Shown: piece after piece, positions 43,273 through 47,672 of the stretch
Layout of the letters: each line of letters opens with the position of its first letter
How positions within the stretch are numbered: position 1 is the first letter of the stretch
From: Eubacteriales bacterium
GTDB lineage: Bacteria; Bacillota; Clostridia; Oscillospirales; CAG-272
Length of the DNA stretch: 47,672 bases
NCBI GenBank assembly: GCA_045661185.1
Contig: JAZRFD010000017.1
Location: 1-47,672, forward strand
Direction: 5' to 3'
Position numbers and translations under genes: made by a program
Notes under the pieces: model-generated
The model's database searches: none
The model's input: the letters and a program-made list of their open reading frames with translations, nothing else
Told to the model about the DNA's origin: nothing

Positions 43273-44622
43273 ATGGAGAAAGGCACAACGATCGGCTATG
43301 AAAAGATCGCCGCCCTTTTCGATGCGGGTACCTTTGTTGAAATCGGTGCTTACATGAAAAGAGCAGACGGAGATCTGATCGGTGTGGTCTGCGGATACGG
43401 CGCGATCGGCGGCAAGCTGGTTTATGCATTTGCGCAGGACAGCGATCGAAACAAGGGAGCGTTTGACGCGCTTCAGGCAGAAAAAATTGTCATGCTTTAC
43501 AATATGGCAATGAAGAACGGAGCACCCGTGATCGGACTCTTTGACAGCATCGGCGCGTACGTTGGTGACGGTGCGTCCGCAATGAGTGCGTACGGTAAGG
43601 TCCTGGCAGCGGTCAGCGCGGCTTCCGGCGTGATTCCGCAGTACGCTTTGATCGGCGGTGTTTGCTCGGGACTTAGCGCAACGGTGGCTGCAATGTTCGA
43701 TCTGGTGGTAACGATCAAGGACAAGTCCCGTTTCTTCGTCAACGCACCGTTCCTCGTTGGCAAAGAGGTCGGCACGGCGGAATACGCGGCAGAAAACGGG
43801 CTTTCCTCGGCTTGCGTCGAGAGCGAAGCGGACGCCGAGGCGCTGCTTAAGAAGCTGATCGCATGGCTCCCCTCCAACAACGACGAGGGCATTGCCGTTG
43901 AGGATATTCCCGCCGACATCAACCGCGCGTCGGCCGTTGAAGGCCTTACGGGCGCGGATCTGATCAAGGAGATCGCGGACGCGGCTGATTTTGTTGAGAT
44001 CGGCACGGAATACGCAAAGGAAATGATCACAGGCTTCATTCGCTTGGGCGGTGTGACGGTCGGCGTTGTGGCAAACAACGGTGTGATCACCTGCGACGGT
44101 GCAAAGAAGGCGGCAAAGCTGGTGTCTCTTTGCGATAGCTTCTCAATTCCCGTCCTGACGCTGGTTGACAGCGAGGGCGTGGAGATCAGTAAGGCGGCGG
44201 AGGGAACGCCTCTCGCGCTTCAGCTGGGTAAATTAGCAATGGCGTACGCAACGGCGGACACCGCAAAGATCACGGCAGTGGTCGGCAAGGCGTACGGCGC
44301 GGCATTCACGCTTATGGGCTCCAAGGCACTGGGCGCGGATATGGTCTACGCACTGCCCACGTCCGAGATCAGCGTGATGGCTCCCGCATCTGCGGTCGCA
44401 TTTTTGTGGAATGACCGCATCACCGAGGACGTCACACGCGCTAACCTTGTAGAAAAGTGGACGAACGAGTGCGCGTCTCCTGCCTCTGCTGCGGCAGACG
44501 GCAGCATTGATGACGTTATCAACGCAAGTGAGCTCCGTCAGCGTCTTTGCGCGGCGGTTTACATGCTGATGATGAAAAACGCAGGTGCTCCCGCACGTAA
44601 GCATTGCAACCTTCCTCTGTAA
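43273..44622 (+). CDS. acyl-CoA carboxyltransferase (12S / MmdA-GcdA-PccB type), short and divergent
   Basis: 449 aa. Two crotonase-like carboxyltransferase halves (GYGAIGGKLVYAFAQD..., VIGLFDSIGAYVGDG; IRLGGVTVGVVANN..., PVLTLVDSEG). Confidence 0.75.
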   Translation: MEKGTTIGYEKIAALFDAGTFVEIGAYMKRADGDLIGVVCGYGAIGGKLVYAFAQDSDRNKGAFDALQAEKIVMLYNMAMKNGAPVIGLFDSIGAYVGDGASAMSAYGKVLAAVSAASGVIPQYALIGGVCSGLSATVAAMFDLVVTIKDKSRFFVNAPFLVGKEVGTAEYAAENGLSSACVESEADAEALLKKLIAWLPSNNDEGIAVEDIPADINRASAVEGLTGADLIKEIADAADFVEIGTEYAKEMITGFIRLGGVTVGVVANNGVITCDGAKKAAKLVSLCDSFSIPVLTLVDSEGVEISKAAEGTPLALQLGKLAMAYATADTAKITAVVGKAYGAAFTLMGSKALGADMVYALPTSEISVMAPASAVAFLWNDRITEDVTRANLVEKWTNECASPASAAADGSIDDVINASELRQRLCAAVYMLMMKNAGAPARKHCNLPL

Positions 44623-44637
44623 GCGGAGGTAGACGTA

Positions 44638-45039
44638 ATGAGTAATTTCGTATTTGCTTTGGCAAAGGCTATACCGTTTTCCGAGCGCGCCTCGGAGGCG
44701 GGGATCGTAACCCTGCAGGGTATGCTGATGATCTTCGCGGTTCTGGCAATTCTCTGGGCAGCGGTTGAGGCGATGCACGCCATTCTTCACAGAGGCGACA
44801 AGAAAGAGAAAAAGCCGACCGAGAAGAAAAAGGTCGTCGAACCGAAAAACGACGCACCCGCAACCAACGACGCGATGATCGCGGCGGCAATCGCCGCGGC
44901 AATGGCAGCGTCCGAGGACGACGGTGCAACGGTGGCCGCTATTACGGCGGCAATCTCCGCGATGCGCGTGGAAGAAGGATGCACGGGCGGCTTCCGTGTC
45001 GTATCCTTTAAGCGTGTGCCTCATGGGCGCAGAAGATAA
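44638..45039 (+). CDS. OadG/MmdD-type small membrane subunit of Na+-translocating decarboxylases
   Basis: 133 aa. GGAGG SD. A single TM (LQGMLMIFAVLAILWAAVEAM), a Lys-rich linker, and an Ala-rich AAIAAAMAA...AAITAAISA C-terminus. Confidence 0.65.
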   Translation: MSNFVFALAKAIPFSERASEAGIVTLQGMLMIFAVLAILWAAVEAMHAILHRGDKKEKKPTEKKKVVEPKNDAPATNDAMIAAAIAAAMAASEDDGATVAAITAAISAMRVEEGCTGGFRVVSFKRVPHGRRR

Positions 45040-45097
45040 GAGCCACAACAAACGTAAACTAAAAACAATTATTTGAAAGGTTAAAAGGTAAATTATT

Positions 45098-45517
45098 ATG
45101 AAAAACTATCGTGTAACTGTAAATGGTGTTGTTTATGACGTAGTCGTTGAAGAAGTGAACGGCGCACAGGTTCCTTACGTTGCTCCCGTGGCGGCTCCTG
45201 CTCCCGTAGCAGCTCCTGCTCCCGTAGCGGCTCCCGCTCCCGCAGCAGCTCCTGCTCCCGCAGCAGCTCCCGCTCCCGCAGCAGCTCCCGCCGGCAAGGC
45301 AGGCGCAACCGCTGTTAAGGCTCCCATGCCCGGCACGCTCGTTAAGGTCAACGTAAAGGTTGGCGACTCCGTTAAGAAGGGCGACGTTCTCTGCGTTCTC
45401 GAGGCTATGAAGATGGAAAACGACATCATGGCTCCCGCAGACGGTGTTGTAGCAACCGTTGAGGCTGCGCAGGGTGCAAGCGTTGCAACCGACGCGGTTC
45501 TGGTAACTTTGAACTGA
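45098..45517 (+). CDS. biotin carboxyl carrier subunit with Ala-Pro linker
   Basis: 139 aa. Linker (PVAAPA)n/(PAAAPA)n, then a biotinyl domain with VLEAMKMEN. Confidence 0.9.
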   Translation: MKNYRVTVNGVVYDVVVEEVNGAQVPYVAPVAAPAPVAAPAPVAAPAPAAAPAPAAAPAPAAAPAGKAGATAVKAPMPGTLVKVNVKVGDSVKKGDVLCVLEAMKMENDIMAPADGVVATVEAAQGASVATDAVLVTLN

Positions 45518-45560
45518 TCCTTTTGACTGTTTTAACCTTGCAGAAAGGAAAACATGATAG

Positions 45561-46754
45561 ATGGAAGCTTTACTGAAAAGCTTGGAAAACTTTTGGTATG
45601 ATACCGGTATTTACAAGATCATCGCAAGCGTCGAGGCAGACTGGTGGCAAACGCTGGTGATGCTTGGAATCGTTTGCGTGCTCGTGTATCTTGCCATCGC
45701 TAAGGGCTTTGAGCCTCTGCTTTTGTTGCCGATTGCGATCGGTATGCTCTTGACGAACCTCCCCGGAGGTGAGCTTTTCCATGAAGAATTCTTTATGACA
45801 AGTAAGCCGATCGACTACATGGAGGTTTTGCGTCACGGCGGCCTCTTGGATCTGCTTTACATCGGTGTTAAGACCGGACTTTATCCCTGCATTATCTTTA
45901 TCGGTATCGGTGCAATGACCGATTTTACCCCCCTGATCTCCAACCCCAAGAGCTTTTTGATCGGTGCGGGTGCACAGCTTGGCGTGTTCGTGGCATTTTC
46001 GGGCGCACTGCTTTCGGGCTTCTTTACGGGCACCGAAGCGGCATCCATCGGTATTATCGGTGGTGCGGATGGCCCCACGGCAATCACCGTTACCAAGACG
46101 CTGGCACCGCATCTGCTCGGTGCGATCGCGATCGCGGCATATTCTTATATGGCGCTGATCCCGATGATCCAGCCCCCCATTATGAAGCTGCTTACCACCG
46201 AGAAGGAGCGCAAGATCAAGATGACTGCGCTTCGCCCCGTATCCAATCTGGAAAAGATCATTTTCCCGATCATCGTAACCATCGTTGTAGCGCTGGTCGT
46301 TCCTTCGGCGCTCGTGCTCATCGGTTGCTTGATGTTCGGTAACCTGATGAACGTGTGCGGTGTCACGGGACGCTTGTCCAAGACCGCGCAGAACGGCTTG
46401 ATGAACACGATCACGATCTTCCTCGGTATCAGCGTAGGCGCAACCGCGACCGCGCAGTCCTTCCTGAGCTTGCAGACGATTTTGATTATCGTTTTGGGAT
46501 TGACCGCATTTATGATCTCTACCGCAGGTGGCTTGATTACGGCGAAGATCATGAACTGGCTCACGGGCGGTAAGATCAACCCGCTCATCGGTTCCGCAGG
46601 CGTTTCCGCCGTTCCTATGGCGGCGCGCGTGTCGCAGATCGTCGGTCAGAAGGAGGAGCCTTCCAACTTCCTCCTGATGCACGCAATGGGCCCGAACGTA
46701 GCAGGTGTTATCGGATCGGCGGTTGCCGCAGGCGTGCTCCTGGCGTTCTATTGA
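45561..46754 (+). CDS. Na+-translocating decarboxylase beta subunit (OadB/MmdB/GcdB family)
   Basis: 397 aa, ~9-11 TM. Motifs LLLPIAIGMLLTN, IGIIGGADGPT, IGSAGVSAVPMAARV. Confidence 0.85.
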   Translation: MEALLKSLENFWYDTGIYKIIASVEADWWQTLVMLGIVCVLVYLAIAKGFEPLLLLPIAIGMLLTNLPGGELFHEEFFMTSKPIDYMEVLRHGGLLDLLYIGVKTGLYPCIIFIGIGAMTDFTPLISNPKSFLIGAGAQLGVFVAFSGALLSGFFTGTEAASIGIIGGADGPTAITVTKTLAPHLLGAIAIAAYSYMALIPMIQPPIMKLLTTEKERKIKMTALRPVSNLEKIIFPIIVTIVVALVVPSALVLIGCLMFGNLMNVCGVTGRLSKTAQNGLMNTITIFLGISVGATATAQSFLSLQTILIIVLGLTAFMISTAGGLITAKIMNWLTGGKINPLIGSAGVSAVPMAARVSQIVGQKEEPSNFLLMHAMGPNVAGVIGSAVAAGVLLAFY

Positions 46755-46778
46755 TTTGTTTGAATTGGAGAAAATAAA

Positions 46779-47672
46779 ATGGCTAACGTAAAAATTACAG
46801 AAACAGTTCTCCGCGACTCTCACCAGTCGCTGATCGCGACCCGCATGACCACCGAGGATATGCTGCCCATTCTGGAGAAGATGGATAAGGTCGGCTACTA
46901 CTCGCTCGAAGCATGGGGCGGTGCAACCTTCGACGCCTGCATGCGTTTCCTCAACGAGGATCCTTGGGAAAGACTGCGCGCCATCCGTGAGCGCGTTAAG
47001 AACACCAAGCTGCAGATGCTGTTCCGCGGCCAGAACATTCTGGGCTCCCGCCACTATTCGGACGACGTTGTAGAGTATTTCGTTCAGAAGTCGATTGCCA
47101 ACGGTATCGACATCCTGCGTATCTTCGACGCACTCAACGATGCCCGCAACCTTGAAACTGCTATTAAGGCAACTCGCAAGGAGGGTGGTCACGTTCAGGC
47201 GGCGATCAGCTACACCACCGGTCCCATTTACGATATTGAATATTATATCAACTACGCCAAGCAGCTCGAGGAGATGGGCACTGACTCCATCTGTATCAAG
47301 GATATGGCAGGTCTGCTTCTGCCTTACACCACCTACGATCTGGTCAAGGCTCTCAAGGAAACCGTTAAGGTTCCGATCCAGCTCCATACCCACTACACCG
47401 CAGGTGTGGCAAGTATGTCCACCATGAAGGCAATTGAAGCCGGTGTTGACGTTGTCGATACCGCTATCTCGCCCATGGCACAGGGTACGTCCCACATGCC
47501 TACCGAGTCGCTGGTTGCCGCTTTGGCCGGCACCGAGTACGACACGGGCATCGACCTGACCGAGCTCAACGAGATCCCCAAGTATTTCACTCCTCTTGGT
47601 GAGAAGTACCTGGCAAGCGGACAGATGGACTACAAGGTCATGAAGGTCAACGTCAACGCTCTGATCAACCAG
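46779..47672 (+). CDS. oxaloacetate decarboxylase alpha / pyruvate carboxylase subunit B / transcarboxylase 5S-type carboxyltransferase; 3' end outside the window
   Basis: Not in the ORF track (no stop before the window end). ATG 46779, 8 nt after GGAG. My own translation: MANVKITETVLRDSHQSLIATRMTTEDMLPILEKMDKVGYYSLEAWGGATFDACMRFLNEDPWERLRAIRE...ICIKDMAGLL...LHTHYTAG. This is the HMGL-like TIM barrel of the OadA/PycB/5S family, open to nt 47672. Confidence 0.85.
   Translation, partial: MANVKITETVLRDSHQSLIATRMTTEDMLPILEKMDKVGYYSLEAWGGATFDACMRFLNEDPWERLRAIRERVKNTKLQMLFRGQNILGSRHYSDDVVEYFVQKSIANGIDILRIFDALNDARNLETAIKATRKEGGHVQAAISYTTGPIYDIEYYINYAKQLEEMGTDSICIKDMAGLLLPYTTYDLVKALKETVKVPIQLHTHYTAGVASMSTMKAIEAGVDVVDTAISPMAQGTSHMPTESLVAALAGTEYDTGIDLTELNEIPKYFTPLGEKYLASGQMDYKVMKVNVNALINQ

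Noticed and set aside
45182-45295. Tandem GC-rich repeat encoding (PVAAPA)n/(PAAAPA)n
   Set aside because: This is the expected flexible Ala-Pro linker of biotin carrier subunits (as in MmdC/GcdC/OadA-type proteins), not an independent repeat element.
45570-47495. 641-aa minus-strand ORF over the oadB-like and oadA-like genes
   Set aside because: It is antisense to two well-supported plus-strand genes and has an Arg/His/Gly/Asp-rich composition with no motifs.

Overview
GC-rich, Clostridia-like (Firmicutes) chromosomal segment. I found no rRNA, tRNA, CRISPR array, transposase or phage genes by eye. The backbone is housekeeping: dnaE 3' part, trmL-mnmA, secA, yajC, rimM-trmD, an HPr gene, uvrC, rsmD-coaD, cmk and an ispH::S1 fusion. 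Six accessory blocks are interleaved. (i) A tightly packed block directly downstream of secA (7818-15310). It holds two uncharacterised polytopic membrane proteins, a repeat-embedded 52-codon Asn/Gln-only ORF that the ORF track misses, and an ABC / DUF1854-like / ABC trio. Each of the two half-transporters carries a ~170-aa N-terminal extension ending in a CxxC-x(10-11)-CxxC zinc ribbon. (ii) Three more ABC exporters on the minus strand: a MacB/FtsX-type fusion plus a heterodimeric pair. (iii) Envelope genes (O-antigen-ligase-like, MOP flippase). (iv) A decaying sugar locus, with AraC frameshifted by a 5-bp tandem duplication and a 3'-truncated TIM-barrel gene. (v) RpiR plus a flavoprotein, a stand-alone divergent PurC-like gene, and a cytoplasmic BNR/sialidase-like protein. 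(vi) A biotin-dependent Na+-decarboxylase/transcarboxylase-type cluster that runs off the 3' edge. The strongest non-coding signal is a ~400-nt hairpin-rich composite repeat. It has 2 full copies (mutually inverted) and 2 partial copies, with conserved linkers and compensatory base changes in the stems, always at gene 3' ends. The best candidates for something undescribed are the QN-ORF / zinc-ribbon-ABC / DUF1854-like module and the structured repeat family. All functional calls come from motif recognition by eye; no database search was run.
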